From Octopus sinensis (Eukaryota), in NCBI RefSeq assembly GCF_006345805.1, contig NC_043005.1, forward strand, positions 86,366,001 to 86,430,000: DNA of 64,000 bases. The letters are read 5' to 3'. The notes under the pieces were generated by a model. It did no database searches. It was not told the DNA's origin and saw only the letters and a program-made list of their open reading frames with translations. Positions 26,026-38,619 of the stretch are shown in pieces; within the stretch, counting starts at the first letter, position 1; each line of letters starts with the position of its first letter. A program made the position numbers and the translations under genes.

Positions 26026-26706
26026 CAGCAATATTTGTTGATTCATCAGTTGTTATACCTTTCTTCTTTCTATTTTTTCTGCTATCAAATTCCGATAATA
26101 ATATATTCTAAAATCCTAGTGATATTCATTAATATCCTCTTTATTTTCACTGGATTATTCACTAGATGCACTTTAAGACCTGTTAGCCACATCACCACGT
26201 CATGTCTTGTGATGCAGGTCGTTTTCTTTATCCTTTACCAAACTCCTATTCCAAAATAAACTAATATATTTCTAACACTTTCATTGAATATTGCTGCTTG
26301 GTGTCCGTAAAGAATTCAGTCGACAAAACGAGACAGCATTTTCTTAAACAACAAATCCTTTACTAACGGAAGAAGAAAGAGAAATCAGAAACGTAGGTTC
26401 GTTTAATAAAATCATATTAATTTCATTTGTAATATTCATTTATCCTAACATCGTTTGCGACGAAATATTGTTATATGGGACGTTGATTTTATTAGATTAC
26501 AATAACAGACGATGTAGAGTAACAACTTACTCCATCGAACACCACTTTGTTAAAACAAAAAGCCGTGTATATATATGGGTGTTTTTCGGTGTGTGCGTGT
26601 GTGTGTGTGTGCTCTGCGAGCTGAAACTAGCTACTTTTCTTATACAGTATGTATATATATATATAATATATAAATATTACATATATATATATATATATAT
26701 ATACAC

Positions 26707-26777
<71 letters not shown>

Positions 26778-26870
26778 ATATACATATATATATATTTGTA
26801 TAAATATATATATATATATATTTGTATATATATATATGTGTGTGTGTATGTATATATATTTGTGTATATG

Positions 26871-26922
<52 letters not shown>

Positions 26923-27079
26923 ATTATATATATATATATACATATATATATATACAATATATATATATATATATTTGTGTGTATGTGTGTTCTTTCTTGA
27001 AACGGGCATCGTATTCTTCAAAAGGATAAATAGTTGCATCCTTCAGCATTCAATGGAATGGAATAGCCCCAGCCTATTC

Positions 27080-27470
27080 TTTTCTACTCTAAGCGTAAGG
27101 CCCGAAATTATCGGTAGGGGGCCAGTCGAATTGATCGAGACCAGTACATAACTGGTACTTAATTTATCGATCCCGAAAGGATGAAAAGTAAAGTCGACCT
27201 CGGCGGAATTTCAACTTAGAACGTAAAGACAGACGAAATACCTATTTCTTTACTACCCACAAGGGGCTAAACATAGAGAGGAAAAACAAGGACAGACAAA
27301 CGGATTAAATCGATTATATCGAGCCCAGTGCGTAATTGGTACTTATCTAATCGACCACGAAAGAATGAGAGGTGAAGTCGACCTCGGCAGAATTTTAACT
27401 CAGAACGGAGCGGCAGACAAAATACCGCTAAGCATTTCGCCCGGCGGGATAACGATTCTGGCAGCTCGCA
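27080..27470 (-). mobile_element. SINE family A, tandem dimer
   Basis: Two central domains on the reverse strand. Confidence 0.85.
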
Positions 27471-27544
27471 ACCCTATAGCTCAAGATTATTACAAACAGG
27501 ACTGAGAAACAAAAGATTACCCCCTCCCCACACACATACCCATT

Positions 27545-27760
27545 GAGAGGAATAACAAAACGATGCAAATAGCTTTGTATAATAATAGTTCCTAAAGTAT
27601 TCTGTGGATAAACACCACATATATAATCAGCCGAAATTGCGAGGATGATCCGGTTCTTGACTGAAGACAGAAGGCTTCGAATGACCCATCCATGTTTTTT
27701 TGTATCGTCTATCTGGATGTTTTGTTGTCCCGTTCTGCGTTCTTGTCCCACTTAGTATTT
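27545..27760 (+). mobile_element. Repeat family 3 copy
   Basis: AATCAGCCGAAATTGCGAGGAT...GTATCGTCTATCTGGATGTTTTGTTGTCC is shared with 35100-35240. Confidence 0.6.
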
Positions 27761-27824
<64 letters not shown>

Positions 27825-28320
27825 TCAAAAATACTTAGATTCATACGAATTTATCAGGCACGTGCCGTCAGCAATTACTCAGGGTAGGCAGTTGGTAACA
27901 TTTATGTAGCAAAGCACACAGAAAATAAGCGAAACGCAGGCGTGTGAGTGAGATGAAAGCAGATCTATTTCTACCTTTATAGCGCGTAAAGAAAACGTTG
28001 TAGAAAAGTGCTCAGCACGTTTACTACAGCAGTTCTATGCGTAGCTTGAATACTGTGATTGAAAAGGAGGGGCGAATTATGGCTACCTAATCTACAAAAA
28101 CTAAAACGTTTTGTATTTTATGCAGAGTAATCAGAGCAACCTCCATAATTTTATTGAATTTGGTGCATATTTTGCCGTGAGAGGAACATGTTGCTATCGA
28201 TCTACTTTATTCGAGGCAGGCACTGCCTACCTTGCGTACCGCGTGGGACGTTTTTGGTAGATGTACATAAATAGATACAAACACATACATACATAAATTC
28301 ACACACGCACACACGCACAC

Positions 28321-28373
<53 letters not shown>

Positions 28374-28381
28374 CACATATA

Positions 28382-29841
28382 CAGTTGCGGCCAAAAGGTT
28401 CAGAACGGCATTGTTTTCGTCAGAAAAGTAGATATAATTTTTTATCAAAGTTGTTTTATATTCTATAATTTTCACAAACAATAAATACCATATTATGTTT
28501 TATTGCCTAAGATTTTGGTGTAATTTGAGAGGATAATACAAAAGTTATGGATGATTTAGGGATATGCTGCAAAACCCATGGCGGCCAAAATGATTAGAAC
28601 GGTTGCTTTTACTCCGTGTTTTAGTATATTTAACCGGCGAACTCTAATCTTTTGAATTTGTTTACGTGACGGTTCGTTTACTAAACATTAGTAAGAATAT
28701 TTGCAGTGTACTTTGTTAATATAATGCCACTTACTCCGTTACCAATTCGTCAGCAGATTATTAAGCTTCGAAGGAAAGATAATTTAAGTATTGGATCTAT
28801 TGCAAAGATTGTTAACAAGTCAAAAAGGGTTGTACACGGTATTCTTAAGGTCTACGATGATTGTGGTTCGTGTGAAGCAAGAAAGTTTACAGGTAGGCCA
28901 AGCAAAACGACCAAGAGAGAAGATCGTGCTATGGTAAAGTTGGTTAAAATGGACAGATTTAAAACTGCTGCTGCTGTTTCTCGGAAAATGAGCATCGTAT
29001 TGAAAAAAACTTTATCTCGAAAAACTGTGCAGAGCACCTGCAGTGAAGCCACTGATCAGTTCCAAGAATAAAAAGTGTCGACTTACCTTTGCAACCGAAC
29101 ATGTGTTGTGGTCTCAAGAAAAATGGCAAACGGTGCATTTCAGTGATGAATCTAAGTTTATGCTATTTGGCTCAGATGGGAGAAAAGTAGGTGAAAAATT
29201 GTTGCCTAAATGCCTTAAGACTAGTGTTAAATTCGGTGGAGGAAGTGTCATGGTTTGGGGAATGATATCTGGAGATGGTGTGGGCCTTTTGGTGCGATTA
29301 CATGGAAAGTTAAATGCAGGAGTTTATAAACAACTTGAAAAAGATCATATCTTGCCTGTGCTGAGAAATTCAACCAAGCCACCACCCATATTCATGCAGG
29401 ACAATGTTCCATGTCACAAGGCTAAGGTGGTCATGAACTTCCTCAAGGCTGAAAAGGTTATTGTCATGTATTGGCCAGCTCAAAGCCCAGATCTCAATTC
29501 TATTGAAATTGTGTGGAATATTCTAGGAGAACGTTCGAAAGCCAGAAATCCTAAAACAACTGAGCAATTATGGAATGCCCTTCAGGAAGAATGGAATAAG
29601 ATCACCCAGCAAGAAATTAAAAATTTAATTTCCTCATGCAGTCATGGTTTTTGCAGTAAATCACTAAATCATCCATAACTTTTGTATTATCCTCTCAAAT
29701 TACACCAAAATCTCAGACAATACTGATTAATATTGTAGTTATTGTCTGTGAAAATTATAGAATATAGAACAACTTTGATAAAAAATTATATCTACTTTTC
29801 TGATGAAAACAATGCCGTTCTGAACATTTTGGCCGCAACTG
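28382..29841 (+). mobile_element. Tc1-family DNA transposon (DD34E), both TIRs present, 1460 bp
   Basis: TA at 28380-28381 and 29842-29843. About 200-bp imperfect TIRs starting CAGTTGCGGCCAAAA. Confidence 0.95.
28724..29678 (+). pseudogene. Tc1 transposase, frameshifted with small deletions
   Basis: N-terminal DNA-binding part in ORF 28706-29071, catalytic part in ORF 29043-29678 (FSDESKF, GGGSVMVWG, QDNVPCH, SPDLNSIE). 34 residues between D and E. Confidence 0.9.
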
Positions 29842-30737
29842 TATGATGATTCTTCATCTTGAGAGATGATAGCCGTCCCATCAACACATACACCACACCC
29901 CATCACACAGTACAATCCCGCCATTGATAAGACCTTATATAACTTTTGAGACCAGCTACTGACTGACAGGGTTTAAAACACAAGTGACAGATATTATTCA
30001 AGTTTCTTCTATATCTTTGCACGTTGGAATCTGATTCATGTGAACTAGCATATGTCTTTCAAGTCCAGATATATACACACATACTCACACATTAACATTT
30101 CGCTGAGGCTTTGCAAAAGCGATAATCTGATATAGAACTCAATACCTCGTATATATGTGTTTTGGAGCGGATTGCTCTCTGAGTATAGATCGATAGTAAG
30201 AAAGAGAGACGACGAAGGAATAAAGGTTTGCCTTATGAAAATAATTAGCTTACGGGTCTTTCTGCTATAAGACTCAGTGGACTCATACTTGAGATGTATA
30301 TATATTATGCGCATGCGTATGTGTATATACTCTAACTAAATTTGCAATTGTATAAAGTTTCAATGTGATTGGAGACAGATTTAATCTAATGTCTGACTTT
30401 TTAAAAGTTTCTAGTTTAGGTTTGGGATCCTTAAATATGCCTACCAGACCAGCTTCACATCTATTTATGCACTGGTTATTGAAATCGGGAGAAATCACAT
30501 TTGGAGTTTTGTGGATGAAGTATTTACTAATTGTTCAGCACAGGATTGGGGGTTCGGTGTTACAAAGTGAATGGAAAATAACAGCGTAATTTATTTTGTA
30601 TATCGTGTATTGTTACATGTAAACAAAATTCCTGTTTTTAACATCGCGATGAAGCAATACTCTTAGTATCTACTGCAGTTTAGAATTTATGGAAATTATA
30701 GAATTTTGGAAGAGGCCATTCTAAATCGTGTGCTTAT

Positions 30738-31279
30738 ATATATTAATACTTTACGTTTCACGTTATAAATTATTTTCATTTGTCATAGCAGGGGTGCGAC
30801 AGGTCTGCAAGTTCAGACATTTAACAGATTTATTAAAGCTATAAATTCCTTCCGCCCCCTTAACTGCTGAGTTCAGTTGCCACCTTGATCAACTTTCCCT
30901 CACAGCGTTTAGGGTACGAGAAAACAAATGTCAGGTGAGCCCCGGAGTCGGTATCATCGACTTGTTCCACCCTCCACAAAAATTGCTGATGTTGTGCTAA
31001 AATTTGAAATCTTTGCATTTTGGGAGTAGATACAGTAGAAAGTTTTGTCGTAAATATGACATAAATTTTGTTTTTCATGCGTGATGGTGCAAAAATTTTA
31101 TGAATAATACCTTATAATCAACGCACCAAAGTTAACTCATCTACACGCAAATACATATACATTCCTGCACATATATTAATACTTTACGTTTCACGTTATA
31201 AATTATTTTCATTTGTCATAGCAGGGGTGCGACAGGTCTGCAAGTTCAGACATTTAACAGATTTATTAAAGCTATAAAT
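30738..31279 (+). repeat. Perfect 109-bp direct repeat (30738-30846 and 31171-31279)
   Basis: Identical from ATATATTAATACTTTACG to AAAGCTATAAAT, offset 433 bp. Confidence 0.9.
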
Positions 31280-31944
31280 ATTACTTTATTACTTTCTATA
31301 GTGTTAGATGTACACACTTCATTTTATAATACTGCTCACTCAGCCAAGAAATGTGAATAGCATCGATCTTTTTTTCTACTTCTTTACAGTTAGCAGCGAC
31401 GGATTACGTGAAAAAATAAAACAAAATAGAAGTTTATGAATATAAACATTTAATAACAATGCCATTGTCAGATATTCAACAATGGACGCTTAAGATCAAT
31501 GATGCCAACATCTAAATACATAATTATTTACCAGATAAAGTTGCGGCCCCGTACGCAGCCACTTGCCTTGCTGAAAGAACCGATTAACCCTTCGTTCACT
31601 TCCCATTGCTTAACAGAGGAAAGCAAATTGGAGTGTAACGTTGTGGGTCCTGGTTGCAGTATTTAAGTAAAATAGGAAAGAATGTGATTTGAAAGTGGTT
31701 ATAGTTCAGTGAAGTAATGTTAACTAATGTGATAAACAACAAGTAATTGTTATCTACAACATTTGTTGAAATAAATACGGAGTAATGATACTTCCACCTG
31801 GATAATGAAATGAAGTATGAGATGTTATAAAAGGGAAGATAACAAGAATTTCGAAATCATAATAAGTAATAAATTCTTACTCAAATTCAAAAAGTGAACT
31901 TTAAGGAGGAAAGTTGCAAAGAGTCGATTATATTTATTTCTTTA

Positions 31945-32150
31945 TTGCCCAGAAGGGGCTAAACATAGAGGGGACAACCAAGGACAGACAAAGGGATTAA
32001 GTCTATTATCTCGACCCCAGTGCGTAGCTGGTACTTATTTAATCGACCCCGAAAGGCTAAAAGGCAAAGTCGACCTCGGTAGAATTTGAACTCAGAACGT
32101 AGCGGCAGACGAAACACCGCTAAGCATTTCGCCCGGCATGCTAACGTTTC
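31945..32150 (-). mobile_element. SINE family A
   Basis: Reverse complement of family A. Confidence 0.85.
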
Positions 32151-32324
32151 TTGCTGTCTGCTCATCTTACAACTCCTTCTCTCTCTCCCTCTCTCTCTTT
32201 CTCTTTCTCTCTCTCTCTATCTCTATCTATCTATCTAACTATCTATCTGTGTCCAACTATCTAAATACATACATACATGTATATATATATATATATATAT
32301 TTATTTATTTACACACACACACAC

Positions 32325-32407
<83 letters not shown>

Positions 32408-32499
32408 CATATATGCATGTATGTGTGTGTGTTAATTAAAATGAGACTACGAAGACAAGGCTGTGTATAATTTTTAGGACATTTATGGAGAGAAAGTTA

Positions 32500-32548
32500 G
32501 TCTTAAAATCTGTTTCGAGGATATTAACGATATCCCTTCATCAGAGAC
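32500..32548 (-). ncRNA. Degenerate type-I hammerhead
   Basis: GUCU-CUGAUGA-A-GGGAUAU-CGUUA-AUAUCCU-C-GAAAC-AGAUU-UUA-AGAC. Stem I 4 bp and stem II 7 bp; stem III is mutated. Confidence 0.5.
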
Positions 32549-32879
32549 GATGTGAGATAGTTAAATAGAAGGAAATAGTAGTGGCTAATATAAGGAGGTA
32601 ATTTTGAAAAGGATGGAAACAAGGAGTATAAAAGGAATTAAGGGAATAAAAGTAAAAAGAGAAACATATGTAGGACCTTATAGTTGCAGTGCCATTATTC
32701 AATGAAAGTGGTGTCTAGAAATGATTCTCGTACATGGTATGGAAATTCCAATGTGAGTTCATAGTTGTCATTACACATGGAAAGTGTGGAGATGTAGATC
32801 CCATGCGCCGTTCATTTAAAGGAGCCTGACACAGCCTTGGCTTTGTTGTCTCAATTTATTAACATATATATATATGTAC

Positions 32880-32910
<31 letters not shown>

Positions 32911-32996
32911 ATATATATATAATATATATATATATACATTATTGGTGAATTGAAGAAATGGAGCTGAACGCAGATTGAACAGAAATCGTTTTATTT

Positions 32997-33080
32997 CATT
33001 CTACACGTGTTTCGAAAGGCACAAATTACCAAAATCCGATTGAATAATGGGACCATATTGTGTCTTTCTCATCAGGAAGA
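32997..33080 (-). ncRNA. Type-I hammerhead ribozyme with intact core
   Basis: UCUUC-CUGAUGA-GAAAGACACAA-(loop)-UUGUGCCUUUC-GAAAC-ACGU-GUA-GAAUG. Stem II 10 of 11 pairs, palindromic ACACGUGU stem III, GUA triplet. Stem I is short (3 bp, then a mismatch). Confidence 0.72.
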
Positions 33081-33629
33081 AAAAAGGAAATCCGTTGGAA
33101 ACACAAAAACAGAACAGAGGCGGAGCAAAAAACAAATCGAACTGTGCTCCTAAGATCCCATGGCGAAACTGTTTATCAGTGTATGTTGAGAACCGGTGGC
33201 TGAAGAATTCAACGGGTCAGGCATCGGTCAATCATGTGGGTGAGGGTGTATAGATGTTCTTTGTGACCGAGAATAAAGTTCTGACTATTTAAGGAATATT
33301 GGATGTTTTATAAGGGGCGAGAAAAAATCTACTTAGAGACGTGTGTGTGTGTATACTGTTCTATATATGTGTGTGTTGGCGTAGGGGTAGAAAACATTTT
33401 TTGTGTACGTGTGTGCGTTTGATCGTTCGGCTGTCAGTGGCTACTGCCGTGATAACCGTTGGGTGGCAGAAAGAAAAAAATAAAAAATATATATATATTA
33501 TGTTTTATGTGTGTGTGTGTTCATCTGAGCCTGCCTTGTCAAGGAAACCCCCCGCTGTGAGAAAACCAAGCCCCGTTTGTCTTACAGGAGTAATTCCCCT
33601 TGCAGTGGTTAATCGTAGATATCTTAAAG

Positions 33630-33713
33630 GCTATATGATGAGAAAGACACAATATGGTCCCATTATTCAATCGGATTTTGGTAATTTGTGCCTTTCGAAA
33701 CACGTGTAGAATG
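33630..33713 (+). ncRNA. Hammerhead copy lacking C3 (AUGAUGA)
   Basis: The inverted arm begins at U4 of the core, so C3 and the 5' strand of stem I are replaced. Confidence 0.6.
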
Positions 33714-33924
33714 AAATAAAACGATTTCTGTTCAATCTGCGTTCAGCTCCATTTCTTCAATTCACCAATAATGTTTTAATTTCAATTATCCGCACCAACG
33801 CACGGTTGCAACGCCAGATGGTTGTACCTCCAACCGTGCTGTTTACTGCTGTGATTTTTGCTACTAAGGTATCGGTTAAACTTTTGATTAATCTACTACA
33901 AGATTATTCATCTTTCTATTTCAC

Positions 33925-33976
<52 letters not shown>

Positions 33977-34003
33977 ATATATATATGTATATGTATATAT
34001 ATA

Positions 34004-34846
34004 GAGAGAGAACAAAGTGTATGTACTCAGCAATATATATATATAATAAAATACAAAATGGGACAAGAATGCAAAACATCCGGACAACTAGGTAATACAA
34101 AAAGGGACAACAAAACATCCAGTTAGACGACACAAAAAAACACAGAACTGCTGAGTTCAGTTGCCACCTTGATCAACTTTCCCTCACAGCGTTTCGAGTA
34201 CGAGAAAACAAATTCCAGGTGAGCCCCGCAGTCGGTATCATCGACTTGTTCCACCCTTCACAAAAACTGCTGGTGTTGTGCTAAAATTTGAAATCTTTAC
34301 ATTTTGGGAGTAGATACAGTAGAAAGTTTTGTGGTAAATATGACATAAATTTTGTTTTTCATGCGTGATGGTGCAAAAATTTTATGAATAATACTTTATA
34401 ATCAACACACCAAAGTTAACTCATCTACACGCAAATACATATACACTCCTGCACATATATTAATACTTTACATTTCACGTTATAAATTATTTTCATTTGT
34501 CATAGCATATAAGATCCACATTAGACTCCTCACTCGTATCATCATCGGACCGAGAGTTCAACTACGGTCCTTCCATAGCACTTACATAGCCTTACATGCC
34601 ACCCTAGCTCTTCTGGATACCAATAACTCTCATATATATATATATATATATATATGTTCTCTCTCTGTCTTCTCCCCCTCCTTATTCCTTTTGTTCCTCT
34701 TTTTCTCTCTCTTCTCTTCTCACGTGACCGTTGGCCGACTGCTAGCCCTTTTTTGCGTCTGACCACGGTCACTGCCACATCGACATTCTTCCCTCTGCCG
34801 TAAGGCTTCATTTCTACCCCCTCCAGTCGAAATACGCCTGTTGTTG

Positions 34847-34923
<77 letters not shown>

Positions 34924-35284
34924 ATCATTATTATTATTGTTTTTCTTGGTTCTTTTATTGTATATTTGTATTTATATTCTTGCAACATCGTCTGTTTTTC
35001 CGTCCTCGTTTCGTATATATTCGATGCTTTTTCCCCAGGAATCTAATGCTTTTAGCTTAGTTTTTCCTTGGGGCTGGCCAGATTGGAGCTATCTCAACAT
35101 TAATCAGCCGAAATTGCGAGGATTTTCCGGTTCTTGACTATGTTTTTTTTTTGTATCGTCTAACTGGATGTTTTGTTGTCCCTTTTTGTATTACCTAGTT
35201 GTCCGGATGTTTTGCGTTCTTGTCCCATTTTGTATTTTATTATATATAAATATATTGAGGCGTACATACACTATGTTCTCTCTC
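34004..35284. mobile_element. Cassette D: inverted family 3 arms (34004-34145 and 35138-35284) enclosing a copy of 30862-31223
   Basis: The arms are imperfect reverse complements. 34146-34507 matches 30862-31223 in length (362 bp) with scattered substitutions. Confidence 0.8.
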
Positions 35285-35299
35285 TATATATATACATAC

Positions 35300-35333
<34 letters not shown>

Positions 35334-35335
35334 AC

Positions 35336-35407
<72 letters not shown>

Positions 35408-36682
35408 GTTAGTATATGTATGTATATATATGTGTATATATCTATATACGTATGAATATATATTATATATATATATATATATATTTCAATATTCATACGC
35501 CATAGTTTAACTTCCATCTTATTGTCTTCACTGTAAGTCTAAGGTTTTGAATCGCTATTTACAAACATACAACGAAAAATTACTGGCAGAAAAGCTTCAC
35601 ACTACTGATGTAATTTCATAATCTACTGACAGAACTATCTCCATAAATATTCACTCCAGTTCGTATAGTCTTGTATTCTTCTCTTGTTTCTTTCTTCTTC
35701 CTCCGATACTGACTATTTGGTTCACTGAGTGACAACTTCCAACCCGTACAATACTTTATTTTCCGTTTAAAGTTAATTACTTTCCGCCCGTCAAATTAAG
35801 AAACATAATTTCCCTTACCAAGTTATTTTCATTGCTTACTATCTTCTGGACTCATGTATTTCTGTAGGAATTTCAACCGTGTTTCGTAGTCGTGGTCTGC
35901 TACCACAACAGCTCCTTTATAGGATCCAGTTAGCTCAAGACATCATCAGGAGGAACCACGTCCGGTTTCGGCCCCTACACTTCTACCGTTTTGATATGGC
36001 GGGGCCCCACTTCCGAAGGTGTGTTCAGCTCTGGTGTTGGGATGTTTTCTTTCTTCCTTCTTCTGTTCCCTGGCCTCTTCGATGTAGCGTCAACGAGTGT
36101 CAGCGGGCGACTGATTGTCTAGTCAAAGTTTTTCCTTTAAATACCTGCTGCAAGACTCCAGCAGGCATCTCCAATAAGTTGTCACGTGACACTGCCTCAA
36201 CTTTATATATAACCCTACGTAGAAGGAAAATGTCAAATTTGTCATCATAACTACAGGTTTCTGCCCGATCCCACCAAGCTTCGATTGCCATAAATTTCAG
36301 AAAAAAATGGATATATTTCAATAAAATATGTTTCTACGAATATGCGTTATACCATGTCGATTTCGAATATATAACATTTTGGGGGTTACGTGCTTTAGGA
36401 GGGGATGAGGAATTTCTGAAAATTCACCGGAGTCTACTTCAATTCATCTTAACTTTCAAAAGGAATATGTTTTAATGAAATTCTCTACAAATATAAATTG
36501 GAATATTATTAGATTAGATTCACTTGTTTAAAAAGGTTTCTCAATATCAACTTCCTGTATGGGGAGAAAAGCGGCGAAGTCTGCCCCTGTCCAATTCAAA
36601 TGTTTTCATTTCGAGTTTTGATTCGCTATTTGTATACAACTACGATAAATTACTGAAAAAAAATACTAATTCTTTTCTTTTA

Positions 36683-36905
36683 TTCTTTTACTTGTTTCAG
36701 TCATTTGACTGTGGCCATGCTGGAGCACCACCTTTATAGTCGAGCAAATCGACGCCAGGACTTATTCTTTGTAAACCTAGTACTTATTCTATCTGTGTCT
36801 TTTGCCGAACCGCTAAGTTACGGAGACGCAAAACACACCAGCATCGATTGTGAAGCGAAGTTGGGGGCACCAACACAAACACACAAACATATACACACAC
36901 TCACA

Positions 36906-36992
<87 letters not shown>

Positions 36993-37148
36993 CACGACGG
37001 GCTTCTTTCAGTTTCCGTCTACCAAATCCATTCACAAGGTTTTGGTCGGCCTGAAGCTATAGTAGAAGACACTTACCCAAGGTACCACGCAGTGGGAATG
37101 AACCCGGAACCATGTGGTTGGTAAGCAAGCTACTTACCACACAGCCAT
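36683..37148 (-). mobile_element. Full-length SINE family B with internal (TA)n/(TG)n tract
   Basis: Reverse complement of 61538-61940. Confidence 0.85.
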
Positions 37149-37230
37149 ATTCGGTAACATAAAGAACATTCCCTTCATCAGTTGTCCCCTGTTTTATCTA
37201 CTCCGCGTTTCGAAATTATATATTATATAT

Positions 37231-37269
<39 letters not shown>

Positions 37270-37289
37270 CAACTGAAATATGGTACAAG

Positions 37290-37870
37290 GATGTTACATC
37301 TGGAACCTGAGAACTCGGTTATAATACGACGCTTAACGAACTTCCACATTTCTTCTACTGGAAACTCTTATTGCTTGAGATGCGCTTGGAGGAAACTTCG
37401 GTACCTTATTACGCTAGAATTTCCTCTCATATTTTGGATATTGGCCCAAGTATTATATATACCTCTAGTTTTGGAGTTAGTATATTGTAAATATCTTCCA
37501 CACGACTGGACCTCATATCTCCTTCCCTCTGCACAATCCTACTGTCTTTTCCCTTGAATTCTTTACAATTTTCAACTTTCTTTGTTGTTTCTGAAGAAAA
37601 TGTAAACCATGTTAACGCATCGAAGTTTTGCCTTTCCTCTCGTATCATCATAATATTTTGGTTGCTGCACCTAACTGATGTCCACGTCTCTATCTCTCCT
37701 TTCGATTTCCCTTTCTGTCGGAATTAATCGAAGGTTCTTATATTAACACGCAGAGCAAATGCCAGTTTGCTCTTCACCCGTAATCTAATATTTTTTTGTC
37801 TTTCTACAGACACTACAAAATATATCTCCAAGACAGATTCTATTCCTCTGAAGAACGTCAGCACAACCAA
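37290..37870 (-). mobile_element. Degenerate LINE-like ORF2 relic (clade uncertain)
   Basis: Broken minus-strand frames (ORF 37427-37651; YRSFLQAHLKQ) with LINE C-terminal character. No diagnostic motif. Confidence 0.35.
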
Positions 37871-38313
37871 ACAAAATAATTACTCACTCAGCTGTCTATA
37901 TTTGTGTCTGTGAGTTGGTAGAACCGTTAAATTCTTAGCACCATTCTTCCGTTTGTTTTTAACGTTCTGGCGTCATATAACTCAGAAGACAACTTTCCTT
38001 TTCATCCATTCGGTGTCGTTAAAATAAAGTACCAGTCAAGTACAAAAGCTGAAATAGTCGACTACGTTCTCCTAACAATTGATGGACTCGTGCAAAAGCT
38101 TAAAACACTTATTTGTTTATGATTGCAGCGTGGAAGGTATTTATAAGCCATTTAAGAAACACACAAAAGCCGTTCGATTCACTTCAACATTTAAATTTAA
38201 TTTGTCAAAATATTTTCGTCGCTTTGAGACCACGACCTGTTCACTGACAAAACTTCGTGCTGCATCTGAGAAAGTAACAGTTAGTTCATGATAAATATGT
38301 ACGTATATATATC

Positions 38314-38354
<41 letters not shown>

Positions 38355-38619
38355 AAATGTGCGTGTATGTATGTATGTATGTTCGTATGTATGTATGTGT
38401 GTACGTGTATGTGCGCATGCATGTGTACATGCCCATGCGCATGTATGTAAGTATGTACTTATGTGCTTACGTATGTATGTGAGTATTTAGGAGAGTGTGT
38501 AGACGTGTTTGTGTGTGTGTAAATGTGTATGTACATGTGGACGTATGTTTATGTACTGTTTATGACTATTGCCCTCAAACTCTCTGAGTTTGTTATAAAT
38601 GTAACGACGGTCCCATGGT

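Larger units (their letters stand above)
32936..33774. repeat. Cassette C: perfect 139-bp inverted repeat (32936-33074 and 33636-33774) carrying hammerhead motifs
   Basis: The two arms are exact reverse complements by inspection. Confidence 0.9.

Noticed and set aside
27640-27700. CUGAAGA...GAA motif in repeat family 3 as a hammerhead
   Set aside because: Stem II would need a 1-nt loop and no stem I complement follows a valid NUH site, here or in the 3130 copy.
30792-30934. Apparent exon between TAGCAG and CAG/GTGAGC
   Set aside because: The frame that opens after the acceptor hits TGA at 30868-30870, and the 3' half aligns to a decayed family A SINE.
37150-37214. GAAAC upstream of CUGAUGA (also about 52450-52510) as a type II hammerhead
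   Set aside because: No stem I hairpin forms between the putative cleavage triplet and CUGAUGA in either copy.
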